Shown piece by piece: positions 48,588-58,039 of a stretch of DNA of 59,083 bases (within the stretch, counting starts at the first letter, position 1; each line of letters opens with the position of its first letter). Source of the stretch: a virus (Duplodnaviria; Caudoviricetes); IMG/VR virus record IMGVR_UViG_3300032278_002689, positions 1 through 59,083 of that record; one strand, written 5' to 3'. The translations under genes and the position numbers were made by a program. The notes beneath the pieces were generated by a model. The model saw only the letters and a program-made list of their open reading frames with translations. It ran no database searches and was not told the origin of the DNA.

Positions 48588-48944
48588 TTATTGTCGAATA
48601 ATATCCCAGTCTAACCAAGATATATCTTCGTCATTAAATTTATTAGCAAGTCCAATAATCGCCGCACCACTATGGGCCGCTCTTGAAACATAATCTTCCA
48701 ACTTTTCATCATCTGTAATTAGTTCATCATCATCTGATAAACTGAACACAGTTTTTACAGTTGTTCTAAATAATGTTATTTGTTCAACAGACATGGGAGC
48801 ATCAGGACTCCAAGCATGAGTAATCGCAATCAAATTTGTTAATTCTATTATAGTCAAACCAGTAGGCATAGTTGCCGATTCTGATTTTATAATTTTACAA
48901 GCATATTCTAATACTGTATTAAAATTTTCGTTGTCTGTGGCCAT
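48588..48944 (-). CDS. Small helical hypothetical protein, paralog of 46336-46722
   Basis: See paralog; RBS GAAGGA upstream. Confidence 0.7.
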   Translation of the reverse strand: MATDNENFNTVLEYACKIIKSESATMPTGLTIIELTNLIAITHAWSPDAPMSVEQITLFRTTVKTVFSLSDDDELITDDEKLEDYVSRAAHSGAAIIGLANKFNDEDISWLDWDIIRQ

Positions 48945-48956
48945 TTATATCCTTCT

Positions 48957-49508
48957 TCAAAATCTGTGATCGAGAGTAGTATATCCTATTAAATGAAATC
49001 TATATTCGTCTTTCGACCCATTTAATGCTGTGTGTTTAACTTTAGTATTTGTCAAATAAACACCACCATCTGCTGGTAGTTTATATAAAGTATCTTCAAA
49101 AATATAAAAACAACTATCATTTGTAATAAGAGGAATATTAATCCTGTTATTAAAATCTACATGATAATCCAATGTAGATTTTGGAGGTAAACACATGCAT
49201 CTAAATCCCTTTGATTTATATTTTTCACAGAGTTCTTGTATAAAATCTGGTTCTGTATTTTCTACCATCACTTTTGATTTAGAGTCATGATCCCATCTGA
49301 ACTCATTCAAGTCAGGTCTACTATCAAGGCCATTATCCTGAAAATATCGACTCTTGCCAGAATATCCTACTTCTTGAATCTCTTTAAAAGCTCTTGGAGA
49401 ATTTTCATAGTCTTCTATAGGCATCAACCATCCTTGATCTCTACAAGTATTCACTAGACCCGATAAATCTATTTCTCCTATTTTTTTAATATGTTTACCA
49501 AGTTTCAT
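48957..49508 (-). CDS. Asp/Asn beta-hydroxylase-like 2OG oxygenase
   Basis: HVD...RINIPLITN...LPADG..Y..NT...HTALNG...RFHLI. Confidence 0.75.
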   Translation of the reverse strand: MKLGKHIKKIGEIDLSGLVNTCRDQGWLMPIEDYENSPRAFKEIQEVGYSGKSRYFQDNGLDSRPDLNEFRWDHDSKSKVMVENTEPDFIQELCEKYKSKGFRCMCLPPKSTLDYHVDFNNRINIPLITNDSCFYIFEDTLYKLPADGGVYLTNTKVKHTALNGSKDEYRFHLIGYTTLDHRF

Positions 49509-50194
49509 GTTATTGCTTCTATAAACTTTTTATTATCAAATATTTCAATATTCTCATATCCTTGTTGATATTCTGTTATACTATATTTATTAGGATCAAT
49601 ATAATGATTATAATTGTCTCTATACTTATCGCCGCCTTCGAAATGACTAACTGTATCGCAGTATTTGTGTTTATCTGTAAAATTTATAACTTGTTGTGTG
49701 GTATATGGACCGTCAATAATTATATTGAGCTTTTTATTTGTATTTCGAGGATATTCTTGTATATCAGGAGCAATGAAAGCCTTTAATGAATTTTCACTAT
49801 TAATAGTATCTTCTTTATAATATTCGTAAATTAAATTTGATGGAAGTGTTTTAATATTATCGTTGATATATTCACCCACTAAACAAAACCAAAAATAAGT
49901 CTTTGTAATATGAGGCGTTCTTAAAGGGTATTTTGGTAATAAGTGAGTATGTCGATGAACATAATTCTGAGTTTGTCTTATATACTCATAGTATCCAAGC
50001 TCAACACCATACTTAAATACAAAAAATAAAGAACTTTTTAGCTTTCCTTCAAAATTATTACTATCTTTAGGAAATACATAATTATCAATGAAATCATCAT
50101 ATTCTTCATGTCCCAGCCAAATTCTCTCCCATACTGCCATCACCCCTTCATTTACATTCAGATCAATTGATTGTGCCTCTGAACTTATAACCAT
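49505..50194 (-). CDS. Hypothetical protein
   Basis: 229-aa ORF coupled to neighbours. Confidence 0.5.
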   Translation of the reverse strand: MVISSEAQSIDLNVNEGVMAVWERIWLGHEEYDDFIDNYVFPKDSNNFEGKLKSSLFFVFKYGVELGYYEYIRQTQNYVHRHTHLLPKYPLRTPHITKTYFWFCLVGEYINDNIKTLPSNLIYEYYKEDTINSENSLKAFIAPDIQEYPRNTNKKLNIIIDGPYTTQQVINFTDKHKYCDTVSHFEGGDKYRDNYNHYIDPNKYSITEYQQGYENIEIFDNKKFIEAIT

Positions 50195-50819
50195 ATTGTT
50201 CTATATCCTTAGAGCAAAATTTTTCTATTACTGATTTAGTCTTTTCTGTCATAATATATTTATCAGCGGGAACATAATATTGACCTGAATGAGATACAGA
50301 AGCAGAAGGTACTTTTAATCCAGTAAATATCTTATCCACATCCTCATCTAAATATTCATATCTTATTACATAATCACAGTCTCTTCTCATAATTTCTTGA
50401 TTAAGTATTTCCCCCCACCAATCAAAAGTTCTATCATCTTCTAATGAAGAAATCCATTCATCAAACGTTTTTTTACTTACAGTAAAGTCATAAATTTTTC
50501 GCTCAATCTTTTTTTCAGGCTGATTTAAAGTGAAATGCCATGTATAAAAATCATATAATCTGGACCAAGGATTTCTAACTGTAGTAATTTTTTTTAAATT
50601 GCTCCATTCATCACCAATTATTTTTTTAAAATTAAAACAATCTGTAGATAAAAGCCCTGAAGGAGATACATGTTTATGTCCATATTCACTTCTATTTGCC
50701 CAGTCCCAAGAATAATCTCTTTCACGATCCATCAAGGTTTCTAAAGCCATACAAATAGAATGATTAGCATTACTATGACATAGGAAAAAAGCAAAATTAG
50801 ATTTTTCTGAATACAACAA
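50163..50819 (-). CDS. Sulfotransferase family 2-like protein (degenerate 5'-PSB loop)
   Basis: VRNPWSRL...Y...FDEW...IRYEYL...DIEQYGYKF. Confidence 0.65.
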   Translation of the reverse strand: MLYSEKSNFAFFLCHSNANHSICMALETLMDRERDYSWDWANRSEYGHKHVSPSGLLSTDCFNFKKIIGDEWSNLKKITTVRNPWSRLYDFYTWHFTLNQPEKKIERKIYDFTVSKKTFDEWISSLEDDRTFDWWGEILNQEIMRRDCDYVIRYEYLDEDVDKIFTGLKVPSASVSHSGQYYVPADKYIMTEKTKSVIEKFCSKDIEQYGYKFRGTIN

Positions 50820-52446
50820 CGAATTTCTCCATTTCTGTCCTAGGTCCTAAAGTCAATCGTATACCATCAAGACATTTTCTCACTAAAATTCCTTGATCAG
50901 CAAGTTTATCTGCATTATTAGGATCAGTATGTATGAAAATAAAATTGCCATATTCTCCTCCTTGAGTACTAACATTCATTTTGTTTAATTCCTCAATCAA
51001 ATAATCACGACCTTTATTCATTTCTTGCACGTATTCGTCTTTTATTTCTTCATGATTAATAAAATAATGTGCAGTTTGTAAAGATAGTAAATTAGTCTCA
51101 TATCCATTTCTATTATTTGAGATATATTTAATATTATGTTCTTGTGACATAATATAACCTAATCTAATACTAGCAAGACCAAAAGCCTTCGAAAAACTTC
51201 GCATTATCACTAAATTATTATACTCATCAATCAGCGGCAAATAATCAGGAACATTAAAACCAAAATAAACATCATCAAGAGCAATTATTTTATCTGTATT
51301 AGAACAAATATTACGTATTTCATCTTCTGAATAACTATTACCATATGGCACATTAGGATTTTGCAAAAATATTAAATCTGCATTATCCATGTTATGATCT
51401 CTTATCAATCGAAAAATATTAGCATAAACATCATACATTGCATAAGTAGGAGTGTCATAATATACAGTAGTTTCAGCATAAAGTTCCATTAAATTTCTAA
51501 TCGCACCCGAAACCCCTTCAGTAAAAAACAATTTACTAGAATCTATATTCAACCAATCTGCAAAAATATTATAATAAGCATCTACATCAGGATATTTCCA
51601 AACATTGTTAGCTAATTTTTTTCTCAAATCATTCATTGTGGAAATATGAAATGGTGTCACTCTTTCATTTTTATCTAAAGGAACACCAACTTTATCAACC
51701 CCCTTCGATCTATCACGGAAAAGATACTCTATATGTTTTTTCGTACTCTTTTTAATCTGCATCTTGCTATCAAACTTTTCTATTTTCTTCCCCATGAAGT
51801 TATTATAATGTAATATTCCATTTATCAGTTCAATATCTTCAGGAGTCTTGACTACCATTCCTGCTTTTTTTGATATAGGACCATACATTTTATGTTTCCC
51901 ACAAAAAATGTTTTTTTCTTTCATAAAAACATTCGTTCTCACTACCTGTACAGAATATGCTATCAATTTCACAGGTTCTAAATCTTGAGTCTTACACATT
52001 TTTCCATATTCAAAATTAATAGGTCGATCACCTAAACATGTATGAATATATTTTAATTCATATGTATTACAAGAATCTAATTCATTTTCTTCATAATAAG
52101 CCATCACCTTAGCAATTTCTTCTCCGGTTTGTAGAGGATTTATTGTATTCACTATTGCGACAGTATGCAAGTATGGGTGTTTTTCTATAAAGTCATAAAA
52201 CACATCATCAATTAATGTCTCAGACGAACCTAACTCTGTAGGTCTTTCATAATATTCAACACCATATTCCTCTGCAATCTTTCTAAAAACATCATTATCT
52301 CCGTTCACTATAACTTTATCAAAACAATTTGATTCAAGAGCGGCTTTTATAGCCCAAGCCATCATGGGTTCACCACCTATTAATGCTAAATTTTTAAGTT
52401 TTGCTCTTGTACTGCCATATCTACAAGGTATCATAGCATATTTCAT
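50797..52446 (-). CDS. Fusion of NeuA/KdsB-type cytidylyltransferase and class I/II PLP aminotransferase (HisC/CobD-like)
   Basis: IPCRYGSTRAKLKNL...FDKVIVNGD; LDKNE...YP...PTYAMY...NPNVPYG...DDVY...RSFSKAFGLASIRLGY. Confidence 0.85.
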   Translation of the reverse strand: MKYAMIPCRYGSTRAKLKNLALIGGEPMMAWAIKAALESNCFDKVIVNGDNDVFRKIAEEYGVEYYERPTELGSSETLIDDVFYDFIEKHPYLHTVAIVNTINPLQTGEEIAKVMAYYEENELDSCNTYELKYIHTCLGDRPINFEYGKMCKTQDLEPVKLIAYSVQVVRTNVFMKEKNIFCGKHKMYGPISKKAGMVVKTPEDIELINGILHYNNFMGKKIEKFDSKMQIKKSTKKHIEYLFRDRSKGVDKVGVPLDKNERVTPFHISTMNDLRKKLANNVWKYPDVDAYYNIFADWLNIDSSKLFFTEGVSGAIRNLMELYAETTVYYDTPTYAMYDVYANIFRLIRDHNMDNADLIFLQNPNVPYGNSYSEDEIRNICSNTDKIIALDDVYFGFNVPDYLPLIDEYNNLVIMRSFSKAFGLASIRLGYIMSQEHNIKYISNNRNGYETNLLSLQTAHYFINHEEIKDEYVQEMNKGRDYLIEELNKMNVSTQGGEYGNFIFIHTDPNNADKLADQGILVRKCLDGIRLTLGPRTEMEKFVVVFRKI

Positions 52447-53264
52447 ATCATCTCCATTAATTTATTATAACTATCTTTTCCTAATAATAAACCATTTGCA
52501 TCACATTCTTTACAAGATATCACGTTACATCTATTTCCTTTAGACAATTCTTTTCTGTACTTGTTCATTTTATCAGACATCCAAAGTTCTTCTAATGTGT
52601 TTTCTCTCAGATTTCCTAAACTTTCCTTATATTTCCAGTCATTACAACAAAATCTAAGATCCATAGTCAGATCAATATATCCTTTATAAAAAGGCAAATA
52701 ACATTTTCTATCTAATGATTTTTCAATAGTTTTAAAAGATCCGGATCTATTATTAAAAATTGAAGACTGTAATCCACCAGCAAAATGATTTTTAATCACT
52801 CCACATCTATCACCTAAAATTTCTATTTTTTTATTATAATTTTCTTCATTATCATATTCATCTAGAATTATTCTACTTAATCCATTATCAAATAACTCAT
52901 CCAACATACTCGGAAATTCTAATATCTTATCACCATTTGAAATTAATTCTATCCATTCATTTTTAAACACATTAACAATTTCAAGAATATCTGGATTGAG
53001 AAGAGGCTCTCCCTTACCACTTATAATAATAATGCCTTGATATTCAAATTCATCAAGTCTATTTTTAATTAAATAAGCATCATCGATTGTTAAGTGTTCA
53101 TCTTTATTAGGATATCCATTTCCTCTGGGACAAAAACTACATGTTCTATTACAAAGTTCTGTAGGATTTATCTCAACGGTAGTCATTCCTAAAACGGATT
53201 TTAAATTTTCATATTGAGCGGATCTAAAATTTATATGATTACTGGAAGAAAACGAATCATTCAT
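52443..53264 (-). CDS. Radical SAM / SPASM-twitch protein
   Basis: CNRTCSFC, GKGEPLL, SNGD; CYLPF...CCND...GNL...CKEC. Confidence 0.9.
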   Translation of the reverse strand: MNDSFSSSNHINFRSAQYENLKSVLGMTTVEINPTELCNRTCSFCPRGNGYPNKDEHLTIDDAYLIKNRLDEFEYQGIIIISGKGEPLLNPDILEIVNVFKNEWIELISNGDKILEFPSMLDELFDNGLSRIILDEYDNEENYNKKIEILGDRCGVIKNHFAGGLQSSIFNNRSGSFKTIEKSLDRKCYLPFYKGYIDLTMDLRFCCNDWKYKESLGNLRENTLEELWMSDKMNKYRKELSKGNRCNVISCKECDANGLLLGKDSYNKLMEMI

Positions 53265-54286
53265 AATCTTGCGTTTATATCTAATGCTATAAAAAATTGA
53301 TAAGTATTATCTTCAAACGACATTGCATCATGCCATATTGAACTATCATGTAAATACAATCTTCCTGCTTCTACATTCTTCTCAGAAATATAACTCTCAT
53401 ATTCTTTTTTTATATCATTCCAAACTAATTTCTCTCCATCATCAGATTTATATCGTAATTTAACCGATTCAGGATGAGTAGTTCCCCACAATCTTAACCA
53501 AGAAGACTTATTTTTCCACGTATCTATGTGAGGTTTAAAATGTCCTAGAGTGTTAAATTTTAAAATACAAGAACGCAACATATATTTTTCAATAGATTCT
53601 AAAACTTTTAACGAGGTTAAGTTCATAACTTCAGTTTTCATTAAAAAATCTGTCTCATTCACCATTTTATTCATATCAAAAGGATCCGTATAAAATTTAG
53701 TGAAATCTTCTGGTGTGTCTTTATATCCCAAATTAACAAAGTTCCATCTATCTAGAGGCCAGCATGAAGGTTCTACTTTATTATTAAGCGCACCATTCAT
53801 ATTAATTAAAGGTAATCCAAATCTTCCAAATTCTTGAAATTTATCTCCCCAAGACTTAAAGCAATCTCTATATTGTTTAATTTCTTCTAAAAATTTGTCA
53901 ACATTAATTTTTATATTGGTGGGTTGAAGATTTTGCTTGTGTAGATTCACATATTCTTCTTCGTTCATTATGGGAATATTATCTTTTATTTCATATTTAT
54001 ATTGAATATCATTACTATTCATATGTTTTTTTTGTTGCTCTCGTAATTTTATACTCCCTTCATATTCTTCTTGAGTATGATATCGATGATATAATATTCC
54101 GATATTTGGTTTTTGAAACACTAAGTTAAAAAAACAATGACCATATTTGTCCATCAATTTAAAATTATATTTTCTTAATGGATCTGTGTCTTCTGGAACA
54201 TAATTATCAACCATAAAAGTTTTAAATTCATCCTTATTCGTAAATTCTTTATATGGGTAAACTATTTTTGTTATTACTGTAATCAT
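53261..54286 (-). CDS. Hypothetical N-domain + 2OG-oxygenase-like (cupin) domain
   Basis: GHFKPHID...LRLWG...GRLYL...WHDA. Confidence 0.55.
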   Translation of the reverse strand: MITVITKIVYPYKEFTNKDEFKTFMVDNYVPEDTDPLRKYNFKLMDKYGHCFFNLVFQKPNIGILYHRYHTQEEYEGSIKLREQQKKHMNSNDIQYKYEIKDNIPIMNEEEYVNLHKQNLQPTNIKINVDKFLEEIKQYRDCFKSWGDKFQEFGRFGLPLINMNGALNNKVEPSCWPLDRWNFVNLGYKDTPEDFTKFYTDPFDMNKMVNETDFLMKTEVMNLTSLKVLESIEKYMLRSCILKFNTLGHFKPHIDTWKNKSSWLRLWGTTHPESVKLRYKSDDGEKLVWNDIKKEYESYISEKNVEAGRLYLHDSSIWHDAMSFEDNTYQFFIALDINARL

Positions 54287-55110
54287 TTTGGTTTAAATCC
54301 CGTATCTCGACCACCAGAATCATTTATGTTTATATTAAAAAACTCACCATCATATATTTTATTCTTAAATTTAAAAACACCCTCTCCATGAAATCTATTT
54401 TTTTTCCAATATCCTGTATAGCTACCAGTATTAAAAATTGCCTCCCCATATCCATGTATATGACCTTCTTTAAATTGACCCTTAACGTATTCTGTTCCAT
54501 GATAAAAAATACCATTACCATCAAAATACCCATCAACAAATTCTCCCTCATAATATCGACTCTTAGAAAAAACTAATTTTCCAGTACCAGAATAATTTCC
54601 GTCTTCATCAAATTCTCCAATATAAAATGTACCATCTGGCCATATTTCTTTCATATTTGATTTCTGAAATCCATGCCGATCAAAACTTTCATTTAAAGGC
54701 TCTGCCCATTGTCCGTCACCTGTTATCCAAAAATCATCACCTTTCATTCCTTTAGGACCAACACCCATTTCTCCAAAATACTTATTTCCATTCCATATCT
54801 TAAAACATCCTGTACCACAAGCTCGATCATTCGTAAATTCTCCTACATATGTTGCGCCTGAAACCCACTTATGCATTCCTATTCCAATATGTGCATTTTT
54901 ATCAAATTCGCAAACTATTTTTCGTTCCCAGTCGGTTCCAGCTCCTTGTATTTTCAATCCTATACCATGAGCTTTGTCATTTTCAAACTCTCCAACATAT
55001 TTTTGATTCCACAGTTCTATTTCATAAAAACCTATTCCATGTTCTTTTTCATTTTTTGTATCACCAAAATATCTTCTTCCTCCTTTTATACTACTATATG
55101 TCTCATTCAT
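54283..55110 (-). CDS. MORN-repeat protein
   Basis: Repeated YxGEFxNDxxHGxG motifs. Start at ATG 55110. Confidence 0.85.
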   Translation of the reverse strand: MNETYSSIKGGRRYFGDTKNEKEHGIGFYEIELWNQKYVGEFENDKAHGIGLKIQGAGTDWERKIVCEFDKNAHIGIGMHKWVSGATYVGEFTNDRACGTGCFKIWNGNKYFGEMGVGPKGMKGDDFWITGDGQWAEPLNESFDRHGFQKSNMKEIWPDGTFYIGEFDEDGNYSGTGKLVFSKSRYYEGEFVDGYFDGNGIFYHGTEYVKGQFKEGHIHGYGEAIFNTGSYTGYWKKNRFHGEGVFKFKNKIYDGEFFNININDSGGRDTGFKPK

Positions 55111-55846
55111 AAATAAAATCACCTTCTATGCCTTGATTGTAATAAGTAAGAAAATAATTTGCTATTGCTCTATGTCCAAATTTATTAGGATGAAAATCAT
55201 CTTCACTTATATGATACTCATTATGATTTTCATAATCTATAATATCCAATACTTTGGGTATGGGTCCTTGCCAATATCGATTATTTTTACAAATATCAGG
55301 AAATTTTGATAAATTAAAAATATCATAAGGAGCATTATATCCCTCTTTTTTAAATCTTTCTAATTTTCCTATCTGTAAAGGACTAATACCTTGACCACAA
55401 AGATATTCTATACCTTTCGATTCACACAACTGTTTGGCCATATAGAACATTCTCAAATTTAAATTCACAACTTTTTTTAATGAAAAATGTTTATATGCAA
55501 ATCCATGCGGCAGTCCTCTTTCATATTCATGCATCATTCTCATAATTAAAGAAGAAGTCATATCTTTTGAATCTGTTTCAAAAAAACTTTGTCTGTCCCA
55601 TCCAGTCCATAAAATACATACATCAGTTATATCAGAATATTCATATAGGTAATCATATAAAAGATAAAAAATCTTTTCATTTCCTGCCGCAATTTGTCCT
55701 AAATTCACTACCTCAATTCCCAATTCTTCACCTAAAACTGAGGGCCATCTTAAAAAATTAAGATCAGACCTATAGTTATTATCTGTATAACTACATCCTA
55801 AGCATAATAATTTTTTACTCTTTTGCATGTATGAGCCAGCTCCCAT
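55103..55846 (-). CDS. SGNH/GDSL-like hydrolase or acyltransferase
   Basis: LGCSYT...WP...NLGQIAAGN...WT..DR...DFHPNKFGHRAIA. Start may be ATG 55828. Confidence 0.75.
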   Translation of the reverse strand: MGAGSYMQKSKKLLCLGCSYTDNNYRSDLNFLRWPSVLGEELGIEVVNLGQIAAGNEKIFYLLYDYLYEYSDITDVCILWTGWDRQSFFETDSKDMTSSLIMRMMHEYERGLPHGFAYKHFSLKKVVNLNLRMFYMAKQLCESKGIEYLCGQGISPLQIGKLERFKKEGYNAPYDIFNLSKFPDICKNNRYWQGPIPKVLDIIDYENHNEYHISEDDFHPNKFGHRAIANYFLTYYNQGIEGDFIYE

Positions 55847-56988
55847 ATTTCAGGATTAACATCTGAAAATTTTCTTTTTTGATATTCATCTAAATGCTTC
55901 ATTGATTTTACAAATTCTAACAATTTATTTTCAGACTGTTCTTCATCTAATATTATTGTATTGAAATCTCGTACATCATCATATACCTGTTCAAGACCCA
56001 TAAAATATATGGTATTTAATTTTTTAGATAAATTTATTTTCCACTGTTTTCTCATATTTAACGGTATCATATTAGATTTTAAATAACTGGGCCAAAACAA
56101 AGAATAACAAGTTTGTGGGGAATCATAATGTCTAGAAAATTCTAAAATACTCTGTAGCTTGTTTATATTCATTATACTGACAGTAGTTACTAATTTAATA
56201 ACAAAATCTGTTTTTAAAAATTTTTCAATATTTTTTACTATCATTTTCCAGGGAGCGCCGAATCTCATAACTTCTGCTAACTCTTCAACAGCATCTATAC
56301 TTATATCTAAATAAACTTTTTTACATTTATTCAACAAACGCAATAATTCATCATCTGGAAAAACACTACCATTAGTAGTAATCTTTAAGTAAATATTTTT
56401 TAAATCTAATTTATTCAAAAACCATTTCAAATTTCGACTCAAAAACGGCTCTCCTCCAACTATAGCAACTCTTTTTAAATTAGATAAATCAGAATTTTCT
56501 AATAATGTCTTTATTTTTTTAGAATAATTATTAATAGACAACGGTTCATAATGATCATGTTCGAATTCTTTCAATTTCTGTATAACACTTGTTGCTTTAT
56601 TCCATGTTGAACTGATTCCTGGTCTACAAGACCTACACATAAAATTACAACTAAAATCTAATGAAATTTCTAAATCTTCTATAAGTTGTATTTGATGATT
56701 CTTTAAACACAAATCATTATAATATTTTCTTTTACTTAAATATCCTATTCTTTCAGCATTCCAACAATTTTTACATCCTTCATACTTCACTCCCTCCGAA
56801 AACATTTCTCGTAAATCATACCATCTGTAAGATTTTAATAATCTACTTAATGTATTTACAGAATTTAAATTAACTTGATCCCAATGAGGGTTTGCGGAAG
56901 TGTCAAAGTGACAACAAGGAGAAATTTTACCTTCAGGTTGAGTAATAGATAAATGATTTTGTTGATATGTACAGACTAATTTTTCCAT
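55798..56988 (-). CDS. Radical SAM protein with N-terminal twitch-type Cys domain
   Basis: C...PCCH...CKNCW; CNFMCRSC, GGEPF, TTNG, SIDA. Confidence 0.9.
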   Translation of the reverse strand: MEKLVCTYQQNHLSITQPEGKISPCCHFDTSANPHWDQVNLNSVNTLSRLLKSYRWYDLREMFSEGVKYEGCKNCWNAERIGYLSKRKYYNDLCLKNHQIQLIEDLEISLDFSCNFMCRSCRPGISSTWNKATSVIQKLKEFEHDHYEPLSINNYSKKIKTLLENSDLSNLKRVAIVGGEPFLSRNLKWFLNKLDLKNIYLKITTNGSVFPDDELLRLLNKCKKVYLDISIDAVEELAEVMRFGAPWKMIVKNIEKFLKTDFVIKLVTTVSIMNINKLQSILEFSRHYDSPQTCYSLFWPSYLKSNMIPLNMRKQWKINLSKKLNTIYFMGLEQVYDDVRDFNTIILDEEQSENKLLEFVKSMKHLDEYQKRKFSDVNPEIWELAHTCKRVKNYYA

Positions 56989-57584
56989 GTTTCATTTTGT
57001 ATTAATCTACCCATACATTGATTATGTTCAAATTTATCTTCCGTATCAAAACCATTAACTATCAAAGAATTTTGATATTCCAAATAGTATGGGGTATCTT
57101 TAAAATCAAATATTGTATTATTTGACATCAAAACAGGAGGAATACATTCAGTAGAACCATAAATATTCCATATATTTTTTGCTCCTGTTGCTTCTAATTG
57201 AGCAATATCCCAATCAGTAATTGGTGCAGATCCCGTACATAAATTTTTAATGAAATCTAATTTTGGCATTCTTCTTTTGATCAAAGTTCTAAAAGTTCCT
57301 ATTGCTAATGTTAAAATAGTAGGTTTCAATTCCTCTACCATATCCCAAAATTTAAAAGGTTCCATCTTAACATTTATTACTTCACATCCAACTGTTTGAG
57401 CAGGAATAATACAAAAAGCCCAACTTGCTATAGTCCAAGTAGGAAAAGGATTTAAAATTATATCTTCAGGGGTTAACTCCCATTTATTACATAAAAATTG
57501 TGCTGGCTTATAAAAATCCATTTCATCATGAGTAACACGTTTTTGTTTTCCTGTAGTTCCACTGGTAAATATTGTAATTTTCAT
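56976..57584 (-). CDS. Minimal AMP-binding (ANL-family) enzyme
   Basis: FTSGTTGKQK P-loop, GSAPI, YGSTE, D...GR; only about 200 aa. Confidence 0.75.
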   Translation of the reverse strand: MKITIFTSGTTGKQKRVTHDEMDFYKPAQFLCNKWELTPEDIILNPFPTWTIASWAFCIIPAQTVGCEVINVKMEPFKFWDMVEELKPTILTLAIGTFRTLIKRRMPKLDFIKNLCTGSAPITDWDIAQLEATGAKNIWNIYGSTECIPPVLMSNNTIFDFKDTPYYLEYQNSLIVNGFDTEDKFEHNQCMGRLIQNETWKN

Positions 57585-58039
57585 AATTCCCAAATCTCCT
57601 GAACTTCACCATAGACTTCTTGAGTTCCTATATATGTGCTTCCGGGCCATCCTCTTCCTGTGTGTACCCACTTCCTTAGTCTATTACTTTTAGCTCCCGC
57701 ATTATTTGATATGTTGAGAGTAAAATAAAAAATAGACTTATCATGAATATTATTAATATAATCCATTTGAGCATGTGCTTGAATCTTATTTAAAAATTTA
57801 TTTGAAACACCAGATAAAGTTGCTCCTCTGAACATTACTCTATATCCATCTAAAAAATCATGAACACCGCTCAATGAAACTATTTTGTCATCTGCGAAAT
57901 GACCAAACCAAATTGCTTTATCCCATTTCATTGCCTCTAACGATTGATTATTTACATAATTCAACTTTTTACATTTTATACAAAATTCATGAACCTGAAA
58001 AAGGTGATCATCTGTCAACTGCAGTAGTTCTGTTATCAT
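57581..58039 (-). CDS. Hypothetical protein, possibly GNAT-like acyltransferase
   Basis: DKIVSLSGVH...YRVMFRGA beta-strand pattern; weak. Confidence 0.45.
   Translation of the reverse strand: MITELLQLTDDHLFQVHEFCIKCKKLNYVNNQSLEAMKWDKAIWFGHFADDKIVSLSGVHDFLDGYRVMFRGATLSGVSNKFLNKIQAHAQMDYINNIHDKSIFYFTLNISNNAGAKSNRLRKWVHTGRGWPGSTYIGTQEVYGEVQEIWEL

Noticed and set aside
53994-54001. Intragenic TATAAATA matches (also near 46989)
   Set aside because: Expected by chance in very AT-rich DNA and not near gene starts.
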